From: Coleofasciculus chthonoplastes F2-STO-03
GTDB taxonomy: Bacteria; Cyanobacteriota; Cyanobacteriia; Cyanobacteriales; Coleofasciculaceae
Length of the DNA stretch: 60,244 bases
Direction: 5' to 3'
Assembly: GCA_040222015.1 (NCBI GenBank)
Contig: JAVJWO010000077.1
Coordinates: forward strand, 1 to 60,244
Part shown: positions 46,754 through 56,698 of the stretch, piece by piece
How the letters are laid out: each line of letters begins with the position of its first letter
Position numbering within the stretch: position 1 is the stretch's first letter
The notes under the pieces: generated by a model
Seen by the model: only the letters and a program-made list of their open reading frames with translations
Database searches by the model: none
Told to the model about the DNA's origin: nothing
Made by a program: the position numbers and the translations under genes

Positions 46754-46885
46754 TTTGGATATTTTAGGGGTATTGAACCCCATAAAATATCCCTCGTTTC
46801 CTCCCGCCGCTAAAACATTGGCGGTACTCGCTTCGCTTCGATATATCTGCCTCGTTTATAGCGGGGGTCTCCACGAGGAAGAAAG

Positions 46886-49800
46886 ATGAATCAGGGATTC
46901 AACCAAGCTAATCGAGACAAAGCCGTATTAATTGCCCAACTCCAAGAGAGGGAATATCGCCTCAAACAGCTTCTTGATGCTGTACCTGTGGGTATTTTTG
47001 TATCAGAAGCGGATGGGAAACCTGACTATGTAAATCAAATCGGTGAGCAAATTTTGGGTCAAGGGGTGGTTGAATCCGTGACGGCGGCTCAATTCATTGA
47101 AACCTATCAGATTTATCAGGCGGGAACCGATGAATTGTATCCCCGGAATCGCCATCCCCTATTGCAAGCCTTACAAGGGAAACGGATACGGGTTGATGAT
47201 ATGGAAATCCGTCGCCGCGATCGCACAATTTCCGTCGAAGCCTGGGGCGCCCCTATCTATGATAGTCAGGGGAATCTGACTCACGCGATCGCGGCGTTTG
47301 TTGATATCAGTGAACGTCAGCAGCCTGAACGGATTTCAGCCGATTATTATCAGCAATTAGAGCAACAGGTGGCGGAAAAAACCGAAGAATTACGCCGTAG
47401 CCAAGCCCGAAATCAGGCGCTATTGGTTTCCATCGTCCGCGATATTACCGATCGCAAACAAGCCGAAGCCAAAATTGCCTTTCAAGCCTCTCTACTGGAT
47501 CAAGTTCGTAACGCTGTAATTGCTACCGATTTAGCCGGAACCATTATCTACACCAATCAATTTGCTCAGCGTTTATATCAACTCAATCCCGAAACAATAC
47601 TCGGTCAATCTATTCTTGATGTTACCGTACTCCCCCAAGATAAAGCCCTGGCGCAGGAAATTTTAGCGGGCGTTCAAGAAAACGGCTATTGGGAGGGAGA
47701 ATTTACCGTTCAACGCCAAGATGGTAGCACGTTTCCAGTTTATGCCACGAATACGCTAATTCGAGATCACCAAGGAAATCCCATCGGCTATGTGGGTGTA
47801 GGTATAGATAGTAGCGAGCAAAAACAAGCAGCGGAACAACTGCGCCAAAGTAAACATTTTATCGAACAAATTGCGGCGGCTTCACCCTATTGCTTATATA
47901 TTTATGATCTCATTGAAAATCGCAATATCTACAGCAACCAAGAAATTACCACAATTCTAGGTTATACACCCGCACAAATTCAAGCCATGGGCGAAACGTT
48001 TATCTCCAGCTTGTTGCACCCCGATGACGTTACTATTGTCTCAGAACAGTTGCAAAAGTTGGTGACGGCGGCGGATGGAGAAATTTTAGAGATAGAGTAC
48101 CGGATGCAGGATATCCAAGGGAAATGGCATACCTTATTTGGTCGAGAAACGGTATTCGCTAGAACCTCAGATGGTACCGTTAAGCAGGTAATTGGTACGG
48201 TAATTGATATCAGCGATCGCAAACAGGTTGAGAAAACCTTACAGTTGCAAGCCGCCGCGATGTCAGCCGCTACCGATGGGATTGCAATTTTGAATCAGCA
48301 GGGAGAGTATGTCTGTCTTAACCAGGCGCACGCCCAAATCTTTGGTTATGATAGTGCTGCCCAACTCCTCGGTCAAAATTGGCAGACGCTGTACGATATT
48401 AGCGAATATCAACGCCTGCTGGAAGACTATGTACCCTTATTATTAGAGCAGGGATATTGCCGCACAGAAGCTCAAGGTTTACGACGTGATGGTAGCACAT
48501 TTCCCCATGAAGTCTCGGTCACATTATTACCAGGAGGAGAAAGAATTTGCATTGTTCGCGATATTACTGAACGCAAGCAAGCCGAAGCTGCACTACGAGA
48601 AAGTCAGAATTTTGTGCAACGGATTGCTGAAGCCTCTCCCAATCTTTTATATATTTTTGACCTGAATGAACAACGCAATATCTACGCCAACCGGGAAATG
48701 GCAGTTTTCCTGGGTTATACCACAGAACAAATTCACGCCATGGGTGCAAATGTTCTGCCAACTCTGATTCATCCAGAGGATTTAGCCCGATTACCCGCCT
48801 ATTTTCAACAAGTCCAAAACGCGGCGGATGGCGAAATCTTTGAAATCGAGTACCGCGTCAGAAATGCTAATGGAGAATGGCACACCCTTTTGAGTCGAGA
48901 AACTCCCTTTGCCAGAACCCCTGACGGTAGAGTTACTCAGCTTCTCGGTACCGCTACAGACATCACTGAACGCCAACAGATGGAAGCCGCCTTACAAGAG
49001 AGTGAACAGCGCTATGAGTTAGCCACTCGTGCGGCAAAGGTAGGGGTTTGGGAATGGAATCTAGAGACGAATGAATTTTATATTGACCCCACAATTAAGG
49101 CAATTCTCGGTTACTCTGAGACAGAAATTGCTAATAATTTTAACCATTGGATCACCTCTATTCATCCCGATGATCAGTCCACTTTCCTAACCGAAACCCA
49201 GGCACATTTAGCAGGAAAAACCTCAGAGTACCGGCTTGAACATCGCATGATGCACAAAGACGGTTCAATTCGTTGGATTGTTGTCCGGGGACAAGCCATC
49301 CGAGATGCCCAAGGGAAGGATATTCGTATGGTTGGCACGAATACCGATATTACCGAACGCAAGTTAGCGGAAATTGCCTTACAAGAGGCAAAAGAAGCCG
49401 CCGATGCCGCGAATCGGGCAAAAAGTACATTCCTGGCAAATATGAGTCATGAATTACGAAGTCCTCTCAATGCCATTTTGGGATTTGCTCAATTGATGAG
49501 CAATAGTGTCACCCTACCCCGCCAATACCAAGACAATCTACGGATTATTCACCATAGTGGAGAACATTTACTGACGCTAATTAACCAAGTTTTAGATTTA
49601 TCCAAAATTGAGGCGGGGCGTATTACTTTGACTGAAACTACGTTTAACCTGCATCATCTTTTGCGTGAAGTTGAAGATATGTTTCGACTCAAGGTAAATG
49701 AGAAAGGGTTACAGTTACATTTTCACGGCGTGGCTGATGTTCCTCCCACAATCCAAACCGATGAGATTAAGTTACGTCAAGTCTTAATTAACCTCCTGAG

Positions 49801-50830
49801 TAATGCCGTTAAATTTACTGCCGCTGGGAGTGTGGTTGTGACTGTTGCTCAACAACGGACAAATGACGATGGACGAATGACGCTTCATTTTGAAATTAAA
49901 GATACCGGATGCGGTATTGCGGCGGATGAATTAGAGAATATTTTTGAAGCTTTTGTGCAAAGCCAAAGCGGAGTTCAATCCCAGAGTGGGACGGGTTTAG
50001 GACTGCCGATTACGCGCAAGTTCATCCAACTTATGGGCGGGAAAATCACGGTTAAAAGCCAAATTAGCCAGGGAACAACCTTTACGTTTGATATTCAAGC
50101 AAAGGAAACTAATCTTACTTATAGCACACCTAAAAATACTTCACGTCGCGTCATTGCCCTTGCCCCCAATCACCCCCACTATCGGATTTTGATTGTGGAT
50201 GATCAAGTGGAAAACCGTCAACTATTAATGCAATTGCTGAATCCATTGGGTTTTGAACTCCAAGAGGCGAGTAATGGTGAAGAGGCGATTGAAATTTGGC
50301 AGAATTGGCAACCTGATTTAATTTTAATGGATTTGCGGATGCCGGGAATGGATGGCTACGCCGTTACCCAACACATTCGACAGTGTAGAGACGCGCCATG
50401 GCGCGTCTCTACATCACCCATAATTATTGCCCTAAGTGCTAGTGTAATAGAAGAAGAACGGTTAAAAGCCTTAGAGGTGGGTTGCGCGGATTTCATTGCC
50501 AAACCGTTTCACGAATCTGATTTGTTTGCAGCCATACGCCAACATCTGGGAGTCAGCTTTATCTATGACGAACCAGAGGAAACTCCTGCGCTAACGGAGA
50601 CAGTTGTCTTAACATCGGATGATTTGGCTATGTTGCCTACTGATTGGTTAGCTTCCTTGCACCAAGCTACCCTTGAGGGAGATTTTGAGGAGATGTTAAG
50701 CTTGATTAATCAAATCCAGGATCAGGATAAAACCTTAGCCAAGACTCTAACGTACTTGGCTTATGATTTCCAGTTTGAACGATTACTTGATATCACCGAA
50801 CCTTGGGTAAGTAGGGAGTCGGAATTATGA
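46886..50830 (+). CDS. Multi-PAS hybrid histidine kinase (6 PAS, HisKA, HATPase, REC)
   Basis: Repeated PAS/PAC ends (DITERKQ), SHELRSPL, NLLSNAVKF, GTGLGL, REC DLILMDLRMP. Confidence 0.92.
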   Translation: MNQGFNQANRDKAVLIAQLQEREYRLKQLLDAVPVGIFVSEADGKPDYVNQIGEQILGQGVVESVTAAQFIETYQIYQAGTDELYPRNRHPLLQALQGKRIRVDDMEIRRRDRTISVEAWGAPIYDSQGNLTHAIAAFVDISERQQPERISADYYQQLEQQVAEKTEELRRSQARNQALLVSIVRDITDRKQAEAKIAFQASLLDQVRNAVIATDLAGTIIYTNQFAQRLYQLNPETILGQSILDVTVLPQDKALAQEILAGVQENGYWEGEFTVQRQDGSTFPVYATNTLIRDHQGNPIGYVGVGIDSSEQKQAAEQLRQSKHFIEQIAAASPYCLYIYDLIENRNIYSNQEITTILGYTPAQIQAMGETFISSLLHPDDVTIVSEQLQKLVTAADGEILEIEYRMQDIQGKWHTLFGRETVFARTSDGTVKQVIGTVIDISDRKQVEKTLQLQAAAMSAATDGIAILNQQGEYVCLNQAHAQIFGYDSAAQLLGQNWQTLYDISEYQRLLEDYVPLLLEQGYCRTEAQGLRRDGSTFPHEVSVTLLPGGERICIVRDITERKQAEAALRESQNFVQRIAEASPNLLYIFDLNEQRNIYANREMAVFLGYTTEQIHAMGANVLPTLIHPEDLARLPAYFQQVQNAADGEIFEIEYRVRNANGEWHTLLSRETPFARTPDGRVTQLLGTATDITERQQMEAALQESEQRYELATRAAKVGVWEWNLETNEFYIDPTIKAILGYSETEIANNFNHWITSIHPDDQSTFLTETQAHLAGKTSEYRLEHRMMHKDGSIRWIVVRGQAIRDAQGKDIRMVGTNTDITERKLAEIALQEAKEAADAANRAKSTFLANMSHELRSPLNAILGFAQLMSNSVTLPRQYQDNLRIIHHSGEHLLTLINQVLDLSKIEAGRITLTETTFNLHHLLREVEDMFRLKVNEKGLQLHFHGVADVPPTIQTDEIKLRQVLINLLSNAVKFTAAGSVVVTVAQQRTNDDGRMTLHFEIKDTGCGIAADELENIFEAFVQSQSGVQSQSGTGLGLPITRKFIQLMGGKITVKSQISQGTTFTFDIQAKETNLTYSTPKNTSRRVIALAPNHPHYRILIVDDQVENRQLLMQLLNPLGFELQEASNGEEAIEIWQNWQPDLILMDLRMPGMDGYAVTQHIRQCRDAPWRVSTSPIIIALSASVIEEERLKALEVGCADFIAKPFHESDLFAAIRQHLGVSFIYDEPEETPALTETVVLTSDDLAMLPTDWLASLHQATLEGDFEEMLSLINQIQDQDKTLAKTLTYLAYDFQFERLLDITEPWVSRESEL
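50384..50413. repeat. 30-bp perfect REP palindrome in-frame within the kinase receiver domain
   Basis: TGTAGAGACGCGCCATGGCGCGTCTCTACA encoding CRDAPWRVST. Confidence 0.85.
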
Positions 50831-51080
50831 AATGATAACGAAATGTGAAACTCTGATCTCGTCTAAATCAGTCGTGAACAACTCCCAACCTAATACCTTG
50901 ACTGAGTGACACGTTATATAGTTGGTCTATTTGAATTGTACAACTAAATTCTTCTGTTTATCCCTTGACGACTTTTTCCTTGCTCAAACTCTTACCTAAG
51001 ACGAATGTCACTGACTTTAGAGTTTGTAGTAAGCGCTTTAGCGCTTCTGGCACGCTTCGTGCCTACTACGAACCCAACCT

Positions 51081-51251
51081 AAGTCGAATGTCACTGACTT
51101 AAGGCTGGTGGGTTGAGCGAAGTCGAATGTCACTGACTTAAGGCTGGTGGGTTGAGCGAAGTCGAATGTCACTGACTTAAGGCTGGTGGGTTGAGCGAAG
51201 TCGAATGTCACTGACTTAAGGCTGGTGGGTTGAGCGAAGTCGAAACCCACC
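51081..51251. repeat. Four 39-bp tandem repeats plus a partial unit
   Basis: AAGTCGAATGTCACTGACTTAAGGCTGGTGGGTTGAGCG at 51081, 51120, 51159 and 51198; no unique spacers. Confidence 0.92.
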
Positions 51252-51396
51252 CTACGATAGATAAATGGTTTTGGCGCTCCCCAAATGCTTATTTCAGTGC
51301 TATTCTACTTAAGACTTTTCGGGAGCGAGTATGACGAATGCCGATATAGATTACAATTAAACTAATTGGCTTTAAAAATTATAATAAACCGGAAAA

Positions 51397-52902
51397 ATGT
51401 CATCTTGCAGTCCTCTCTTGGCACAATTATCGCAATCAAAATCTATTGATCGCCATCCCCTAATCGTTACTCCCCAGATGCGGGTAACGGAGGTTATTAA
51501 TTGGCTCAATGAACGTCAGAGTAGTTATGCATTAGTCGTCAAAGAAAAACGGTTAGTGGGTATTTTCACGGAACGGGATTTTGTCCGTATCGCTGCCCAT
51601 CAGCTACCCCTGAAAAATTCAAGGATTCAATCAGTGATGACGCCTGATCCGATTACTGTTTCCATCGAGCAAGATCAAGGCATTTTTTCCATTCTTTACC
51701 TGCTACGCCAGCATCATATTCGTCATTTACCTGTCATCAATAAAGGGGGTGAAATTATTGGAGTGATTACACCTAAAACCATTCGAGAGGTGGTTAAACC
51801 CACTGACTTATTGAAATTTAAACAAGTGGGAGATGTGATGACATCTCAGGTAATTCAGAATTCTATTACGGCGTCCCTACTTGAAATTACTCAGCAAATG
51901 CTCACCCATAAAAAAAGCTGCATCGTGATTACGGAAACCCAAAACAACGCAGATGTCGTTCCCCAGGGAATTATTACCGAACACGATATTATTAAATGCC
52001 AAAAAATGGGGATTTATTTTGCGACAACTCCGGCGAAAACCGTGATGAGTAGACCACTGTTTATCATTAAAATTAATGATTCAATGATGTTGGCGAATGA
52101 AATAATGAAACGCCATGAAATTCGCCGTTTAGTCGTTATAGACGAAGCCGGAATACTCGCCGGACTGATCACCGAAAGTACAATTCTAGAAGCGCTGAAT
52201 CCTCTAGAAATGTATGCCACCATTGAACTTATGCGTCAACAAGTGGATGAGCGAACTAAGGAATTAAGTCAAGTCAATGAGCAATTGCAGCAAAACCTCT
52301 GCCAATATGCCAAGTTAGAAGAACAACTGCAACAAGCCAAAGACGAAGCCGCCGCCGCTAACCAAGTTAAACGTGCCTTCTTAGCTAATTTAAACCATGA
52401 ATTTAGAACACCACTCCACGCGATTCTGGGTTTTTCTCAACTGATGTACCGTTCTGAATCCCTCTCATCCGAGGATCAGAAAAATGTAGGGATTATCTAT
52501 AGTGCGGGTAAGCATTTGCTGGAACTGCTGGAAAACCTATTAGACTTAACTAAGAGCCAGTCTACTCACATTCGGGATACTGCAAATTTTGAGTTGTCTG
52601 AGATGCTACCCAAGATTCCCGAATCCCCGATAACCATTACCTTGACGCCAACGGATTTGGCGGATTTACCTGGGGAGTGGCGAATATCGCTCCATCAAGC
52701 CACAATTGAAGGGGATTTTGATCGGATGTTGAGCCTGATCGAGGAAATTCGCGATCGCGATGAATCCTTAGCCAATTCTCTCTCTACTTTAACTCATGAA
52801 TTTCAATTCGAGTACCTATTAGCTTTGACCAAATCACCTACTGATGAAGACGATGACTGTGGAGTCAATTCCTCTATACAAAGGGACAATACTAACGATT
52901 GA
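51397..52902 (+). CDS. CBS-domain protein with HisKA but no HATPase domain
   Basis: Four CBS repeats (GIFTERD, IRHLPV, GIITEHD, IRRLVV), coiled coil, NHEFRTPL, then directly a short C-terminal helical domain. Confidence 0.85.
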   Translation: MSSCSPLLAQLSQSKSIDRHPLIVTPQMRVTEVINWLNERQSSYALVVKEKRLVGIFTERDFVRIAAHQLPLKNSRIQSVMTPDPITVSIEQDQGIFSILYLLRQHHIRHLPVINKGGEIIGVITPKTIREVVKPTDLLKFKQVGDVMTSQVIQNSITASLLEITQQMLTHKKSCIVITETQNNADVVPQGIITEHDIIKCQKMGIYFATTPAKTVMSRPLFIIKINDSMMLANEIMKRHEIRRLVVIDEAGILAGLITESTILEALNPLEMYATIELMRQQVDERTKELSQVNEQLQQNLCQYAKLEEQLQQAKDEAAAANQVKRAFLANLNHEFRTPLHAILGFSQLMYRSESLSSEDQKNVGIIYSAGKHLLELLENLLDLTKSQSTHIRDTANFELSEMLPKIPESPITITLTPTDLADLPGEWRISLHQATIEGDFDRMLSLIEEIRDRDESLANSLSTLTHEFQFEYLLALTKSPTDEDDDCGVNSSIQRDNTND

Positions 52903-55447
52903 TGATACCCCGGATAATTTGCACCTGTTAACCGAGATGTTAAGCGCACAAGGGTACAAAATCCGGATCATTCCCAATGGTAGACTGGCGCTGAAATCTA
53001 TTGCTAACAATCCCCCCGATTTGATTTTACTGGATATTATCATGCCGGATATGGACGGCTATCAAGTTTGTCAACAGTTGAAAGCCTCACCGAAAACCCA
53101 GAATATTCCAGTAATTTTTTTAAGTGGTTTGAATGAAACCTTTGATAAAGTAAAAGCCTTTGAAGTTGGTGGCGTCGATTACATTACTAAACCGTTTCAA
53201 TTGCAAGAAGTTTTAGCGCGGGTGGAGAGTCAATTGCGTCTGCAACGGTTACGAAAGCAGCTAACCGAACAAAATATCCAACTGCAACAAGAAATTCAGG
53301 AACGCCAGCAGGTAGAAATTGCCCTGAGTGAGAGTGAAAAAAAATATCGCCATCTGGTTGAAGCGTCACAAGACTTGATTTGGTCGATTAATCGGGATGG
53401 AAATTACACCTTTGTTAATCCGATTGTACATCACCTTTATGGCTACTCTCCCAAGGAAATGCTGGGACGTTCATTTATCGAGTTTCTGTCACCGGAATGT
53501 CTGGAAGCGGATGTCAATCTTTTTGAGCGTTTACTTCAGGGAGAGTCGGTATTCCAATATGAAACCACCCATCTCACCAAAACTGGGGAACCCATTCAAT
53601 TATTACTCAACGCGATCGCAGTAGTTGATGACCAGGGTCAGGTTGTCGGTGTAACAGGTACAGCCAGTGATATCACAGAACGTCAACAAGCACAAGAGGC
53701 ATTACGCTTAAGCGAAATCCGCTATCGAGAACTGGTAGAATTTCAGGAACAAGTCCTCGTCTGTCGCTGGAAACCGGATACCACCCTCACGTTTGTCAAT
53801 CAGTCTTACTGTCGTTTTTTTTGCAAGTCTCAAACTGAACTAATTGGCACCAAATATTTAGAGTTACTACCTGATTTTATTCAAGATCAGATCAGGGATT
53901 TTGTGGCATCTCTAGTCAACCACGAATGTCCCGAAACCTCGGAACATATCATGATCTCTGATCAGGGGAAACTCCATTGGTTTAAGTGGACAGATCAACC
54001 GATTCGGGATACAGAAGGACGAATTATAGAAGTTCAATCCTTTGGCATTGATATTACCACGCGCAAGCAGGCGGAAGAAAGACTGCGCCTCTCCGAAAAA
54101 AATCTGGCTCAAGCTCAACGTATTGCTCATATTGGCAATTGGGAATTTGATGTAATCACGAATCAAATTATTTGGTCAGCGGAACTGTTTCGCATTTTTG
54201 GTTTGGAACCAAATCAAACGGAACCCACCTATCAACAACTCCTTGACTTCATTCATCCCGATTACTGCTCAGAATTCGAGGAAACAGTCAAGCAAGCCAT
54301 TGCCCAAGGACTCTGCTACGAATTAGACTTTCAGATTGTACCGAGAAATCGCACAACCGTTCGGCATCTTGAGGTGAGAATTGAACCCATTTTTGATCAA
54401 CACCATCGGGTAATTAAACTCTTCGGCACCGCCTTAGATATCACCCAACGCCAAAAAGCCGAAACCGCCCTGCGACAATCGGAAGCACGCGAACGAGAAC
54501 GAGCGCATCAACTCCAACGCACCCTCGAAGAATTAAAACGGACCCAATCCCAGCTTGTGCAAACGGCAAAAATGTCCAGTCTGGGGCAAATGATTGCGGG
54601 AATGGCTCACGAAATTAATAATCCCGTTTCGTTTATTTTGGGAAATCTCAGCATTGGGCGTCAATATTTTAATGATTTGCTGCAGCTAATTAACATCTAT
54701 CAAGAAACTTATCCCCATCCCTCTTCATCTATTCAATATCTAGCGGAAACCATTGATTTACCGTTTATCCAAGAAGATTGGCATAAACTGCTCAATTCTA
54801 TCCAAGAAGGGGCAGAGCGGATTCATCAGATTATTCTTTCCCTAAAGAACTTTTCTCGACTCGATGAAGCTGACCTGAAGTCTGTGGATATTCATCAAGG
54901 AATAGAAAGTACGCTGTTCCTTTTACAGCATCGACTCAAAAGCCCCGGAAATCGGCAGGAAATTCAGGTGATTAAAGAGTATGGTCAACTGCCCCCAGTG
55001 ACTTGTCATGCCAATCAATTAAATCAGGTGTTTATGAATATACTGGCGAATGCTCTCGATGCCATAGAAAGTAACTCGTCACCTGGAGTAATTAGGATCA
55101 GCACCGAAGTCGCTGATGCTCACCGACAACCCCCCCCGAAAAATGAAAACCAGCAGACTGAGGTCGTGATTATCTGCATTAGTGACAACGGAATTGGCAT
55201 CTCTGAGGAGGTGCAACCGCAAATTTTTGATCCGTTTTTTACCACAAAACCTGTGGGAAGTGGTACAGGTTTAGGTTTATCCATTTGCTACCAAATTATC
55301 GTTGAGAAACACCAGGGACAACTCAGTTGCCTGTCCACCCCAGGGAAAGGGACAACGTTCATAATCGAGATGCCGATCAAACCGCGATCGCAACAGCCAA
55401 GAGAAATCCCCTTAAATGGCATGGATCTGGCGAAAGAAATTAGCTAG
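52844..55447 (+). CDS. REC-PAS-PAS-PAS histidine kinase
   Basis: N-terminal REC (DLILLDIIMP), three PAS, AHEINNP, NQVFMNIL.NA, PFFTTKPVGSGTGLGL; start may be ATG 52853. Confidence 0.92.
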   Translation: MKTMTVESIPLYKGTILTIDDTPDNLHLLTEMLSAQGYKIRIIPNGRLALKSIANNPPDLILLDIIMPDMDGYQVCQQLKASPKTQNIPVIFLSGLNETFDKVKAFEVGGVDYITKPFQLQEVLARVESQLRLQRLRKQLTEQNIQLQQEIQERQQVEIALSESEKKYRHLVEASQDLIWSINRDGNYTFVNPIVHHLYGYSPKEMLGRSFIEFLSPECLEADVNLFERLLQGESVFQYETTHLTKTGEPIQLLLNAIAVVDDQGQVVGVTGTASDITERQQAQEALRLSEIRYRELVEFQEQVLVCRWKPDTTLTFVNQSYCRFFCKSQTELIGTKYLELLPDFIQDQIRDFVASLVNHECPETSEHIMISDQGKLHWFKWTDQPIRDTEGRIIEVQSFGIDITTRKQAEERLRLSEKNLAQAQRIAHIGNWEFDVITNQIIWSAELFRIFGLEPNQTEPTYQQLLDFIHPDYCSEFEETVKQAIAQGLCYELDFQIVPRNRTTVRHLEVRIEPIFDQHHRVIKLFGTALDITQRQKAETALRQSEARERERAHQLQRTLEELKRTQSQLVQTAKMSSLGQMIAGMAHEINNPVSFILGNLSIGRQYFNDLLQLINIYQETYPHPSSSIQYLAETIDLPFIQEDWHKLLNSIQEGAERIHQIILSLKNFSRLDEADLKSVDIHQGIESTLFLLQHRLKSPGNRQEIQVIKEYGQLPPVTCHANQLNQVFMNILANALDAIESNSSPGVIRISTEVADAHRQPPPKNENQQTEVVIICISDNGIGISEEVQPQIFDPFFTTKPVGSGTGLGLSICYQIIVEKHQGQLSCLSTPGKGTTFIIEMPIKPRSQQPREIPLNGMDLAKEIS

Positions 55448-55610
55448 GGGTTTTGAGTTGTTCAGGTATCTATCTGTAGGTTGACGAATTTATGGCACCT
55501 AGCGATCATAACTGAAAAACAAAACCCGCCCTTACCCACTAAACGATGTTACGTTGTGTAAACACGCCTCCAACCCTTACAAATGACAAATAACCAATGA
55601 CCAATGACAA

Positions 55611-56525
55611 TTAAACCCGATTCTCTGGAGCCAGAGTACAGGGTTGATTCGGGTCACCCGTTTCAATTTGAATCGTCGGATGTTCAATGCCAAACTGGTC
55701 ATGCAGATGTTGGGATACCCTACTCAAAAACGCATCACCCGGATACCCTTTGGGTATCACCAGATGAGCTGTTAACGCTGTTTCTGTGGTACTCATTGCC
55801 CAGATATGCAGGTCATGGACTTGATCAACCTCCGGAAGTTCCGTTAAATACGTGCGAATGGCAGCAGGTTCAATACCTTCCGGAACCGCATCTAGGGCTA
55901 AATTCAGCGACTCCCGAAACAGTTGCCACGTATTCACCACCACAACCATAACAATTACTAAACTGACAGCCGGGTCGAACCACAGCCAACCCGTCACCGC
56001 GATCGCAATACCCGCCAGCACGACTCCCACAGAAACCAGCGCATCCGCCGCCATGTGCAGAAATGCACCGCGAATGTTCATATCCTCTTTACGACCTGAC
56101 ATGAACAAGAGTGCGGTAATGGTATTAATCACCACCCCAACCAAGGCAACCCCAATCACAACACCACCGGGTACAGATTGAGGATTAGCGAACTTTCTCA
56201 CCGCTTCCCACGCCACTGCACCCATCGCCACGAGGACAAGGGTAGCATTTAAAAGAGCCGCCAAAATCGAGGAACGACGGAAACCGTAGGTATAGCGCTT
56301 AGTTGGAGAACGTTGGGACAACATACTCGCCCCCCAAGCCAGAACCAAGCCTAAGACATCACTGAGATTGTGACCTGCATCCGCCAGTAACGCCAGGGAA
56401 TTGTAGAAAATACCCGAAAAGGCTTCAACAACGACAAACCCGCCATTTAGAATTAGACCAATGGCAAAAGCGCGATTGTAGTTGAAGGCGTTGTGGTCGT
56501 GATGGTGATGGTGGTTGTGGGACAT
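55611..56525 (-). CDS. Cation diffusion facilitator (CzcD/ZitB-like)
   Basis: His-rich N-terminus, SLALLADAGHNLSD, GAFLHMAAD, VHDLHIW. Confidence 0.93.
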   Translation of the reverse strand: MSHNHHHHHDHNAFNYNRAFAIGLILNGGFVVVEAFSGIFYNSLALLADAGHNLSDVLGLVLAWGASMLSQRSPTKRYTYGFRRSSILAALLNATLVLVAMGAVAWEAVRKFANPQSVPGGVVIGVALVGVVINTITALLFMSGRKEDMNIRGAFLHMAADALVSVGVVLAGIAIAVTGWLWFDPAVSLVIVMVVVVNTWQLFRESLNLALDAVPEGIEPAAIRTYLTELPEVDQVHDLHIWAMSTTETALTAHLVIPKGYPGDAFLSRVSQHLHDQFGIEHPTIQIETGDPNQPCTLAPENRV

Positions 56526-56698
56526 GTGTGATTACCCAATGTAGATTCTTTCTCTCCCCGCCCCAAAACTATGAAAACGGTGGTCTACATCCTCTACGGG
56601 GATACCTTATGGTGATCTTAGATAAATATTTATGAGAAAAAAGTTACAAAGCTTAGTAAAATAACATCATCTGTTAACTAAGTATTTTTACCATCGTT

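Larger units (their letters stand above)
45219..46885 (+). mobile_element. Non-autonomous IS200/IS605-superfamily IscB element
   Basis: Begins GTCAACAACCCACCACTAAA..TAGTGGGGG; a similar subterminal hairpin CCCGCCGCTAAA..TAGCGGGGG lies near the other end, followed by ATGAA; no tnpA inside. Confidence 0.85.

Noticed and set aside
51081..51251. Possible CRISPR array
   Set aside because: Units are contiguous with no unique spacers, so this is a tandem repeat; the 70-aa minus-strand ORF over it is an artefact.
56642..56660. Possible RpaB/HLR1 site upstream of ndhD (GTTACAAA-GC-TTAGTAAA)
   Set aside because: The second half-site matches too poorly to support the call from sequence alone.
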